The notes below the pieces were generated by a model. That model made no database searches. It was given only the letters and a program-made list of their open reading frames with translations, and was not told where the DNA came from. The position numbers and the translations under genes are program-made. 64,000 nucleotides of DNA from an uncultured Flavobacteriales bacterium (lineage in GTDB: Bacteria; Bacteroidota; Bacteroidia; Flavobacteriales; BACL11): the NCBI GenBank assembly GCA_905612305.1, contig CAJQRK010000007.1, positions 11,886 through 75,885 of the forward strand. Direction: 5' to 3'. The number at the start of each line of letters is the position of its first letter. The stretch's first letter is position 1. Of this stretch, positions 23,371 through 34,400 are shown piece after piece.

Positions 23371-26300
23371 TTATTCTAATATTATTTTATTAAACCAATT
23401 AATTCCTTCAATTTCAACTTCAATAAAGTATATGCCATTTACTTTATCCTCTCTTTCTATTATAAATTTATCTACATCTTTAAGGTCATGTTCTGCAAGT
23501 AGTTTTCCTAGAACATCAAATATTCTAAGCTCTACATCTTTTAGGACCCTTCCAAAATCAACAGTTGTTTCTTCTTTAAAAGGATTTGGATATATTGATA
23601 TACCTGATAAACCAACTTCATTAATTACTGTAGTAGCGCATATTGCTTGACAATCCGTTAAGGCTGTAGCACCAGTGTATGTTCCACTTCCATTACAAGG
23701 ATCAATACAGCCATCTACAGGATCACAATTCCAAGATTCAATAAAATCAATTCCATTAGATTCAGAAGAACATCCGTTAACATCAGTAATTAATACATGA
23801 TAGGTTCCATAATCATATACCGTATAAGTTGAGCCTACACCTACATTTATTTGTGTTCCTGACAAATCTCTTATCCAAGAATAACTATAAGGTAGAGTTC
23901 CTCCTGTAGAAGGCAAATCAACCTTTAATTCATAATAGCCAATAGCACAAGGGGAAGATGATGTTCTTGAGATATCTACAGTCAGAGCATCTGGTTCATT
24001 AACCGATATGTTTTGCAACGTACTCTCACAACCATTTGCATCTTCAACAGTATAACCATACATACCAGCACTTAAGCCAGAGATAGATGCTGTTGTAGCT
24101 CCATTTGACCATAAATATGAGTATCCTGATCCTGGCGTTCCACCTGATGCTAATGCTGTTAAGCTTCCTGTACTTCCGCTATTACAATCTACATGAACTA
24201 TTGATGTATCTAAAGTGATTTCTGAAGGTTGTGTAATGGTTAATATCCCTGATGTTATTGAACAAGTAGTAATAACACTACCATTAGAAGTTTGAAATTG
24301 TGCCATTACATAATAGTCGCCTGCACTTAGAGTATTTGCTGAATTGCCGATGCCTACTGAATTTCCGTTTATGTTGTACCAAGTATAAATATAATTAACA
24401 TTTGGGCTTCCAACTAAAACAATCATCCCAGTATTATCTCCGTAACAATCTATATTATCTGTTATATTTATTTGCGGCGCAGGTAGTTGAGAGTTTATAG
24501 AAGTAACTATAGCTTGATCATTTCCACTAGGTATTACTATCCCATCACATCCATTTATATCAGTTAAGCCTACCGTATAGTCTCCAGAGCATACATTAGG
24601 AATAATACTATCTGTTGTCATAGGCAAATAAGTAGTATCTAAACTAAAATTATCTATTACTACTCCAGTATAAGGTAATGTGCCCCCTGTTATGGAGTCA
24701 ATAAATATCTGTCCATTACAAGCTCCTAAACAAAGCTCATCTGTTGAAGTAGAAATATTATACATAATAGGTAATGGCTCATATATATCTACACTTGTAT
24801 TTTGTGTGCAATTATTAGTATCAGTAACTGTTACTGAATAAGTTCCAGCAGCAAGATTGCTAATTGCGGTCAATGAGCTTAATACAACACCATTTGGCCC
24901 TACCCATGAATACATATATGGAGTATGTCCGCCAAATGCGGTTACAGATGCTGTTCCGTCCATAGCCCCATTACAACTTACAGCAGTAAATGTGCTATCT
25001 AATTCCATAGTCGCTACAACAACTGAAATATCCTCTGTAGCAAAAGCCTGACAACCTCTAGAATCTGTTGCAGTAACTGTATAAATATCTGCCTCTAAAT
25101 TTACAGCTGTTGCAGTAGTTTGTGGTAATCCTTGATTATCATCCCATAAATATGAGTATCCTGGCGTTCCACCTGATGCTGATGCTGTTAAACTTCCTGT
25201 ACTCATTCCATTACAATACACTGGTATTATGTCAATAATACTTACTGTAAGATAAGGAGGTTCATGTATTTCTACGGTATCACTAGCTGTACACCCCTTA
25301 GCATCTGTTACTGTAACTAAATGAACTCCTGGAGATAAAGTATTCACAGTATCACCTATCTGATTACCATTCCAACTAAAAACATACGGCATTGTTCCTC
25401 CCCATGCAGTTGAAAAAGCTAAACCGTCAGATGAATCCTTGCATGATATCCAAGCTAATTCTGATGCCTCCATTGTTAACAAATTAGGCTCTGTTAAATA
25501 AATACTATCTACAACTGAGCAGCCTAAAGAATCCTCTGTTGTTAAAGCATAAGCCCCATAACTTAAATAAAATGCAGTATCTACTACCCCTGTATCTAGG
25601 GGTTGATTATTACTCCATGAGTAAATGTATAATGGATACCCTCCTACAGTACTCACAGATACTATTCCATTAGTACTTCCATAACAATTGATTGTAGAAT
25701 CAATCACTAAAGTAGAAATGATTTCTGGACTCTCAGGTATAAAGATACTATCACTCACCTCACAACCTCTTCCGTCAGTTACACCAAAGGTATGATAACC
25801 AGAAGTTAGGTGTTCGGCCAAAAGAGTATTCTCTCCACTATCCCATAAATAAGAATATGAAGAATCGCCCCCGCTATAATAAGCTATGGCTCTTCCACTA
25901 TTATCTCCAAAACAATCAATAGAATCAACCAATACGATCGTATCAACTTTTAATGCATCTAAAGGTTCGTTAATAGTGATACTGGTTTGAGAAGCGGTAC
26001 AACCCCTATGATCTATTATATCTAACAAATAAACATCCGCCGGCATATTATATAATGTATCCGTATTAGATAATCCAGGATGTTGCTGTATAACACCTCC
26101 TAGAGAAGTAGACCAAGTATAAGTATATGGAGCAAAACCTCCACCAGCATCACCTATAATAAAACCACTGCTATCACCTTTACAAACTACAGGTGAAATC
26201 TGAGTAGTACTGAACAAAGCAGTACTCGGTGAAAGAATCTGAACCGAAGAAACTGTATCGCAACCATTTGCGTCAGTTATCCTCACATAATAAATGCCAG

Positions 26301-27120
26301 CAGCTAAATTAAATGCCGTATCATTAGTAGATATTGTAGGATTGTTTGGCCCAACAACACCACTATACCAATTATATAAATAACCAGGAGTACCCCCAGC
26401 TCCTATTGCTATAGACCATGCTGTACTATCCTGATGACATACAGTTATTGTATCAAGAGTCAGAACCTGTAAAGGGAAAAGTGGTACATTTATAAAAATT
26501 TCTTCTTCAATATAACAACTCATATTGTCTGTTAAAGAGACTAGATATGTTCCTTGAGTTAGATTATCAAATACCGAATCTACTGGATTTATATTTAATA
26601 CACCATTTAAAGAATAGTAAAATGGATTTGTCAAATTGGACAGCATTTCAATAGCAATTCTACCATCATCTCCCCCGTAACAGTTTACATTAGAAGAATT
26701 AATATTATAACGAATTGGAACCATTGTGTCAGATGGTCCAGAGATGCTAGCGCATAATGAATTTAATGTTAAATAATAATAATGAACGCCTTGTGGTACA
26801 TTAGAAGAATCAATAGTATAACTATCATTAGGATAAATAATATCAACTAATTGAGAATAAGGGCCTCCTAAATTAGGTGCTCCTAAAATTTGGTAAGAAG
26901 TTGAGTTATTAGCAGAGAGCGAGTGATTCCAACTTATTGTAATATCACCCTCACTATTTTCAGTGACACACCGAAAATCTGGAGCAGGCTGTGTAAGGGC
27001 AGGTAATATTGTAATTTTCATTGTTGCAATAGTAATTGCATTCGCAGGACAGAAATCATCATACACTTTTACTAAAAAGGTGAAAATATTAGTAGTTGCC
27101 CCACAGCCAGCATCTGACAA
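23371..27120 (-). CDS. SprB-repeat cell-surface protein, 3' 1249-codon segment of a frameshift-split gene (T9SS type A C-terminal sorting domain)
   Basis: Many C-x-G-x3-G...GG-x-PY-x-Y-x-W repeats (e.g. CFGDNSGRAIAYYSGGDSSYSYLWDSG). The C-terminus ..ISIYPNPFKEETTVDF...GIYFIEVEIEG..KIILE is Por_Secre_tail-like. No ATG (the track uses TTG) and no signal peptide. The frame stays open upstream through the poly-C tract. Confidence 0.8.
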   Translation of the reverse strand: MSDAGCGATTNIFTFLVKVYDDFCPANAITIATMKITILPALTQPAPDFRCVTENSEGDITISWNHSLSANNSTSYQILGAPNLGGPYSQLVDIIYPNDSYTIDSSNVPQGVHYYYLTLNSLCASISGPSDTMVPIRYNINSSNVNCYGGDDGRIAIEMLSNLTNPFYYSLNGVLNINPVDSVFDNLTQGTYLVSLTDNMSCYIEEEIFINVPLFPLQVLTLDTITVCHQDSTAWSIAIGAGGTPGYLYNWYSGVVGPNNPTISTNDTAFNLAAGIYYVRITDANGCDTVSSVQILSPSTALFSTTQISPVVCKGDSSGFIIGDAGGGFAPYTYTWSTSLGGVIQQHPGLSNTDTLYNMPADVYLLDIIDHRGCTASQTSITINEPLDALKVDTIVLVDSIDCFGDNSGRAIAYYSGGDSSYSYLWDSGENTLLAEHLTSGYHTFGVTDGRGCEVSDSIFIPESPEIISTLVIDSTINCYGSTNGIVSVSTVGGYPLYIYSWSNNQPLDTGVVDTAFYLSYGAYALTTEDSLGCSVVDSIYLTEPNLLTMEASELAWISCKDSSDGLAFSTAWGGTMPYVFSWNGNQIGDTVNTLSPGVHLVTVTDAKGCTASDTVEIHEPPYLTVSIIDIIPVYCNGMSTGSLTASASGGTPGYSYLWDDNQGLPQTTATAVNLEADIYTVTATDSRGCQAFATEDISVVVATMELDSTFTAVSCNGAMDGTASVTAFGGHTPYMYSWVGPNGVVLSSLTAISNLAAGTYSVTVTDTNNCTQNTSVDIYEPLPIMYNISTSTDELCLGACNGQIFIDSITGGTLPYTGVVIDNFSLDTTYLPMTTDSIIPNVCSGDYTVGLTDINGCDGIVIPSGNDQAIVTSINSQLPAPQINITDNIDCYGDNTGMIVLVGSPNVNYIYTWYNINGNSVGIGNSANTLSAGDYYVMAQFQTSNGSVITTCSITSGILTITQPSEITLDTSIVHVDCNSGSTGSLTALASGGTPGSGYSYLWSNGATTASISGLSAGMYGYTVEDANGCESTLQNISVNEPDALTVDISRTSSSPCAIGYYELKVDLPSTGGTLPYSYSWIRDLSGTQINVGVGSTYTVYDYGTYHVLITDVNGCSSESNGIDFIESWNCDPVDGCIDPCNGSGTYTGATALTDCQAICATTVINEVGLSGISIYPNPFKEETTVDFGRVLKDVELRIFDVLGKLLAEHDLKDVDKFIIEREDKVNGIYFIEVEIEGINWFNKIILE

Positions 27121-27145
27121 AATTTGATTACAATCCGTTTGCCAT

Positions 27146-28402
27146 TCAAAAACTCCTGAAACGACAGAAGGAGCAACTATTGGGGGGGGGGGTTCCTGAT
27201 AAATCAGTAAAGGTTGCGCAAGGAGGATTATCGCAAGCAGAAGTAGTGATATAATCGGCTGCCATTTGCCCTCCTGAAATTTCCATAGTAATATCTTGCA
27301 TTACGCCAGCAGCATACTGATCCAGATCATTACCAACAATATCAAAAGTAATAAATGCTCCTGCATTTACAGTTGTAGAATAAGAAGGTAAACCTGCAGG
27401 ATTAAGTGTTGTTGTCCAAAGTTGAGTGCCTACTGGAGCTGTAATTGTTGGCGGATTATTAACTAGTCCATTTGACATTGTAGGGCAAGCAATCAGCACC
27501 GCTTGTATTTCACGATAGATAGAGGCTACTTTTTGAGCACACTTATAAGCATCTACCCTAACTACAGTAGCAAAATTTCCTGAAATATTAGAATTATATG
27601 AAATTTCTCCTGTAACAGGATCTAGATTTACATTTCCAGGCAAAGGTGCATTGACAGTATATGGCGCTAACCATGGCACAGAGGGAGGATTCCCTCCTGC
27701 TGGATTAAATGGAGCAATAAAATCATCTAATGGCTCATCCCAAGCATATGTAATAGCATCTAACTCTTCATCTGAAGCATTATGAGAATAGGCAAAAGGA
27801 TATCCTGTGCAAATAATTGTTTTTGGACTCTCATTAAAAATAGGTGAAGAATCAAAACAAGGATCTGCTGGAATTTGTAATCCAGTTAAAGGATCAAAAT
27901 AAGGAAACATTGAAGCCCTCAAGGTAAATCCTTCTCCAGGAGAAATTGTACTAGAAAGCACTAAATTAGAGGTCGCTCCATTTCTACAACAAGAATCCCA
28001 AGTAAAATGCCAGCCTGTAGCTGAAGGTAATCCTGGCAAAGTAACAGGTTGTGAAATGTAAATATATTCTTCAACTGCCCCAACAGGATTGCTACTACAA
28101 TCTAAGCAAGCATTTCCACTATTTATAGAATTTCCAATAGGAGAAATGTCAGTGCTGATAATAAAATTCACAGATAGTTGAGTAACTGTTGGATGATCCC
28201 ATACATAAATGGTTTGTGCAGAAGTAGGGAGTGTAGTTCCATCACAATCTCTATACATTTTCATAGTAAAAATATACTTCCCTACATTAGGATCCAAAGG
28301 ATCTTTAATGCATTTCCAAGTAATTTCACCTCCCATCATATGAGTAGCATGTAATGGTACAGAAGAAATTAATAAAAAACAAAAAATAAATATTTTTTTC
28401 AT
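27146..28402 (-). CDS. 5' 418-codon segment of the same split adhesin gene (signal peptide plus conserved N-terminal domain)
   Basis: MKKIFIFCFLLISSVPLHA signal peptide, then THMMGGEITWKC.., an N-domain seen in large Cytophaga/Flavobacterium surface proteins. It ends 11 codons after the C11 run. Confidence 0.75.
   Translation of the reverse strand: MKKIFIFCFLLISSVPLHATHMMGGEITWKCIKDPLDPNVGKYIFTMKMYRDCDGTTLPTSAQTIYVWDHPTVTQLSVNFIISTDISPIGNSINSGNACLDCSSNPVGAVEEYIYISQPVTLPGLPSATGWHFTWDSCCRNGATSNLVLSSTISPGEGFTLRASMFPYFDPLTGLQIPADPCFDSSPIFNESPKTIICTGYPFAYSHNASDEELDAITYAWDEPLDDFIAPFNPAGGNPPSVPWLAPYTVNAPLPGNVNLDPVTGEISYNSNISGNFATVVRVDAYKCAQKVASIYREIQAVLIACPTMSNGLVNNPPTITAPVGTQLWTTTLNPAGLPSYSTTVNAGAFITFDIVGNDLDQYAAGVMQDITMEISGGQMAADYITTSACDNPPCATFTDLSGTPPPNSCSFCRFRSF
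27182..27192 (-). repeat. homopolymer: 11 x C on the coding strand (G11 on +)
   Basis: The sequence reads t-ggggggggggg-ttcctgat. It lies at the junction of ORFs 27146..28402 and 23371..27120, which are in frames offset by 1. Confidence 0.98.
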
Positions 28403-28424
28403 AATTAAAGTTGAGTTATATACA

Positions 28425-31400
28425 TTATCTGATTAAGGTTATACTTCCTTTTTCTATATAGGAATTTCCCTTTTCCCCAGTAGCTTCCATAGTGAAGAAA
28501 TACACTCCTTCAGGTAATAATTCTCCATTATACCCTTTTCCATCCCAAGATCCTTGTGGGGTCTCCCAATGATACACCTTAACGCCCCATCTATTATAGA
28601 TACGAACATATAATTTGCTTAACATCTCATCATTAAAATGAAATACCTCATTATATTTATCTCCATTTGGAGTAAAGACATTATTTACATCATAACCCTC
28701 TACATCAATAGAAGAAGTGAATGTGCTGCTACAATCATCTGAAAGATCTAAATTATTAGCAGTTAATGATATTATATAAGATCCCTGAGTAATATATTGA
28801 TGTGTAGGTTCAAAGGCATAGTCCTCCTGACTGCCATCCCCAAAGTCCCAGATAAACTGGTTGACAGGATTGTTTCCTGATAATGGCGAACTAAGATTAG
28901 TAAGATATACTGTTTTGCCTTTGTTTATTAATATCTCTGATAAAATAAAATCTGCAATAATTTCATCAGGTTGGTCAACAAGCATTCCACTTAAAGTATC
29001 TTTACATCCATGATGATCTGTCACTACTATAGAGTAATTTCCTACATTTAGATTATTTGCTTCTAGTGCATCCATCTGCTCAAAAACAATTCCATTATCA
29101 AAGAAACTTCCTGATCTATTAATTGTATACTCATAAGGAGCAACACCACCAGTAAAGATTATTTCTAATTTCCCGTCCTCACTCTGATAACAACTTAAAG
29201 AGGTAACTGTTGCTGTTAATATAATTTCTCCAGAATCTGTTACAAGTACATTAGAACTGTCAAGCGGGCAGTCATTTATATCAAAAACTGACAACAGATA
29301 ATCATTAGAGCTTAAATTTGAAAAAGTTGAGTTAGGCTGAGGTGTGTCATTATTTAAACTGTATTGATATGATGGAGTTCCTCCAGTTGCCATGATTGTA
29401 ATCACTCCATTGGCCTCACCAGCACATAAATTGTTTGTAATCTGTAATGTCAACTCTAATTGTGTTGGCTCACTAATATCAACAGTGATAGATGCCGTGC
29501 ATTCATTAGCGTCAGTTACAGTACATGTATTGAGAACCGCTTCTAATGAATAGTTAATAGAATCTGTTCCTCCATTATCCCAAAGATAAGTATAGCCTGG
29601 AGTACCTCCTAAAACACTAACTTCTGCCTGCCCATCATCCCCTCCATTGCAGCTCACATCTTGTATAACTGTATCAAATAACTGCACAGGTGATGGCTGT
29701 ATAATTTCTATACTATCCGCAACCGCTACACACCCTTTGCTATCAGTAACAGTAACAGTATAGGTTCCTATCTGTAGATTCTCTATTAAAGGATCTAATT
29801 GTTGTGGATGACCTACTGGTATAGATATTGTATTATCCCACTGCCAATCATATGGACCCACTCCTCCAAAAGCACTTACTTCTATTGATCCATCATTTCC
29901 ATTATAACAACTTACATTTATCTTTTCATCAAAAATACCAAGAGAATCATATTGATTAATAATTACTGTTGTATCTATTGTACATCCATAGACATCTGTC
30001 ACAACAATATTAAATGTATCAGCATATAGATATAGAAAAAAACTATCAGCTTGAGAAGTCAACCCAGAATCAATAGAATAAATTAGTGGCCAAGTAGCCG
30101 AATCATTAACGTTTATAATTATTTCTCCGGTAGAAGTTCCATAGCAAACAGAATCGGGGTAAAGAATAGTATCAATGATTAATGGATGATTCTGATTTAA
30201 AGCTAATACCCTAAAAGAATCTATTGGTAACCACAAAGTATCAGAACAACCATTTGCGTCAGTTATACTAATTCTGTAAAGATCAGCAGTTAAGCCATCT
30301 AATACATAAATTGAGTCAAATTGTATATGATCCCACTGATAAGATGTGCAAGTATCACAATAAATTGCATTAGCTGTATAAGACCCATTAACAGCAGGAT
30401 TATTATATAACTCCCAGTTAAAGGTATACGGCTTAGTGCCTCCTCTTATTTCAAATGCTATACTTCCATCATACGATTCACCCAAACAAGATTCTGGTAA
30501 GCTGTAGTCTTCTCTTTTTGCTGCAAGTGCTAATTGATTAGGTGCCGGAAGCACACTAGCAGAGTCCATAGCAAAACATCCTACAGAATCATAAACAGTA
30601 ACAAAATACATACCTTCAGTTAAACTATCTGTTTGTGAGATTAATAAAGAGTCAACAATAGTATTTGTAGAATCTTTCCAAACATAAGTATAAATAGGCC
30701 CTTTTCCGCCATGTACATAAACTTCCATTACGGCATCAGAACTATCATAACATGAGATGGTTGTTACTAAGAAACTATCAATATAAAGTGATGAATCAAG
30801 TACGGAAACCGTATCTCTAATAATACAATTATTCCCATCTAATACTTGCACTTCATATTCTCCAACACACAAACCACTAAACATACTATCAGAAAGAATT
30901 GGACCACTAAAATAATTAACAGATGTATTTACTCTATTGATATAGTATTTGTATACAGAATATCCTGCAAAGGATGATGTGTCTGGAATACCACCAACTG
31001 GTGAATTAGGTAGCCATACCTCACCATCACATGTCCCAGGATTAGTACAATAAACCGCTGAACTTAATGGAGAGTCATACGAAATTACTTCAGGTTCTAA
31101 AATCTCAAATGTATCGGATCTCACTACACATCCTGGATATTTGGAATAAGATATTGCTTGTACTCCATAAATACCTTTATATAAATAATCGTAGTAAATC
31201 AAACTATCTATACTACTAGATGAGTCTGTTGTAATTAAGTTAGGATTAAGGGTGTCATTATATAACCATAACTGATAATCATAACATACATTAGGGTATA
31301 AAACTTGTACAGTTGCATTTATGGAATCATAACACAACATATTAGTGAATGATATTTGCATATCTAATTGAGATGCTAGTGATGTATCTATACCTAATTT

Positions 31401-34400
31401 TGTGTTAACCGAAGATGTAGTTGCTAGGTAACTAATATAATCTACACTATCCTGACAACCAAATTCATCACTTATATTTATTTTATAATACCCCCTGGTA
31501 AGATTTACAAAATTTGCAGAATCCTGAATATGAGCAGGATCATTATTGAAATCTGTAATAAATGATTGGGAAGGCCATACATTAAGACCATCCATAAAAG
31601 GATATACACCTACATTACTGTCAATAGCAATTGCTATGTTATCAAAACTAATTCTATACTCTACTGTATCCCCGTCACCTTTAAGAATATTAGTAAATAT
31701 AGAACCATCAAAACCACAACAACTTTCTTTTATTTTGTCTATTGAAAGCAGTTCTAGTGGCACAACTTTTTCTACAATTACTTCAAAATCTGGTACAGCA
31801 CAACTGTCAGAATCTATTACCGAAATGATATAGGTGCCGGCTGTTAATCCAATAATAAAAACAGTATCTGGCTCATCAACTGTAGCTGACAAAACACTAT
31901 TTATAAGTACTGTATAAGGCGAAGCCCCTCCAGAAGGGATAAATGAAATTATCCCATCATTCTCGCGACAAGTTTCTTTTATAACTATTGGTGGACTAAT
32001 ATTAGTACTAATACTATCTTTAACCTCCACTAGTATATCCCAATATACTTCACACCCCAGATTGTCCTTTACATAGATACTATCATAGAAACCATGTGTA
32101 ACTGGGAAAAAGGTCTCTGAAAGATTACTAGAGGACAAAATACTAGCACCATTAATAAAATATGAAATAGGAGGATTAGAAGGAGACAGATCGATCTGAA
32201 CTGTTATCGATCCATCAAATTGACTACCACATACGTCAGGGAAAGGGACAACATCTACAATATCCAACTGATATTCGTCAATAATAAAAGGATATGAACT
32301 AGGAACACACCAAGCATTATTTTGATATAATCGTATTGAATAATCTCCAGCGATTAAGTATTGGAATGAGGTGTCTCCTACAGGATTTGCTGGAATAAGA
32401 GGATTGCCAAATACATCTCGAATCTGATAAGTGTAACTAATGGAAGGATCTGGATTATCAAACTCTACTATTATTTGAGTGCTATCATTTGAACAAAGAA
32501 TATCTCCTGAAACTGTATTTAATCTCGTTATTAGGTAAAGTTCAGGTTCTAGAATCTCAATAGTAACAGTATCTATTGTGCAAGTTGATGTAGTATCAGG
32601 AGTTAAAATAAAATTATATATACCAGCATTCAAACCTCCAATTGTATCACGATTTGGCAACCCAATACTATCAAAAGATAAATCAAAAAATTGCGAACCT
32701 GACCAGCCACTTCCTAAATTCAGACTAACCTGACCTTCACTAGCCCCAGGGCAAATGTTATGAAGCAGAAAATTATCAACAAAACAAGTAGGCGCAAGGT
32801 TCATTTGTAAAATTATAGGATATGAGCTACATGTATAAGGGCCATTATCAGTAATTACAACTGAATATAATCCAGTATCAATTGAAGATAAGGTATTAGA
32901 TGATGAGTTTTGCAACACATTGCCTAATGAATTATACCAAACATAATTATAGGAAGGATTTAATGTATCTGGATAACCACTGCCTAGCGCTAAATTAATT
33001 GTAAAAGCACCATTAAGATTAATCGTATCAGAAACAAAAGCTATAAGGGTATCGACTACAAAAGGCTCTCCATCTCTATTTACAAAAATGGTTACTGTGG
33101 AGTCACAGCCATTGCTATCCTCAAACGTATAATAATAAGTGGCTTTTCCTAATTGATAATTTCCACTACTATTGGGTGTTGAACTTGAAAAGGTGTGAGA
33201 GGTATCATTTGTAGTCCATGTAGAGTTAGTAGATAGTTGTGTGGGGTATAATGGAGATAAGAAAGGAACAGTATCTAAACTATAGGTAAATGGAGGAGCT
33301 CCAAAAGCATTATTGATCTGTATCTGACCATCTAAAGCAGGAAAACAAGTAACATTTACAGCGCTAGAATTACCATGATCGCACATTGGGCAAATCTGCG
33401 CACAAACAAGAGAATCATTATATGATCCAAGTCCTGTTCCTGGATCAGAACAACCATTTCCAGGATTACAATCCCAAGAAGGTGGAGGGGGCGGAATTGT
33501 AAATATAGAATCATCATCACAACCATTAAGATCTGTAGCAATCACCGTATAATTACCTGGAGATAAATTTGTAATATTTGCTGAAGATGAACCAAATGCA
33601 TTAGGCCCTGTCCAGGAATAAGTATATCCTGGCGCTCCACCACTTGTAAATATATTTATACTATTACCGACAGCAGGAGGAGGCGGCACAATATTACCCG
33701 ATACAATTAATTGTGGAGGTGATGAATCAACCATAAAATCCATATATTCAGAAAGTAGTGGATCAGTAGGATTTTGTAGTTGAGCTTGTTGTATATTAGG
33801 AGCGGCATTTGGATTTTGTGTTTGTGGAGGATATGCAGCATAAACTAAAGCAGAATCTACAATAAATACCCTATAGTTAGCTACTAGAGGTTGCTGCCAT
33901 CCTAGCGACGAAAAAGGCTGAGTTTCACCTGTAGTGATGCCTGACGAGCCAAATGCAAACAATAAAGCTCCTGTATATTTATAATTCAATAGTTTTACTG
34001 GAGTTCCTGGAGTTGTTTGTGTCATATAAACTGTAACAGTATCAATGTCGCCATAACACATAATAGGAGTAGTTGTAACAACCGAATCAAGAGTTACTGG
34101 AAGTAGAGGATTAACAATGATAACTCCTTTCATTCCCATTCCAGCATGAGGCTGACAAACATAATAATATGTTTGAGCGATTACTGGAGTAAAAGATCCT
34201 CCTCCAAAAGGGATATTAAATCCCCCATTTGAAGTCATTCCATTAGCAATCCAAGTAGCTTGATCAACTTCAACCGCATTATGCGTCGCAATAAGACTAA
34301 AAGTAATTGCAGTTCCAGTAGTAATAGTAATTGTATCTGGAGTAAAAGTGTTTCCTAGATTAGTAATCTGAGCGCTTATGTTTTGAGTAAGAAATAACGA

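Noticed and set aside
33356-33541. 61-aa minus-strand ORF inside the 2003-aa gene, plus the + strand ORFs 23432..23650, 24857..25051 and 31546..31833.
   Set aside because: These are alternative-frame or antisense ORFs embedded in long, motif-rich adhesin frames, with no independent support.
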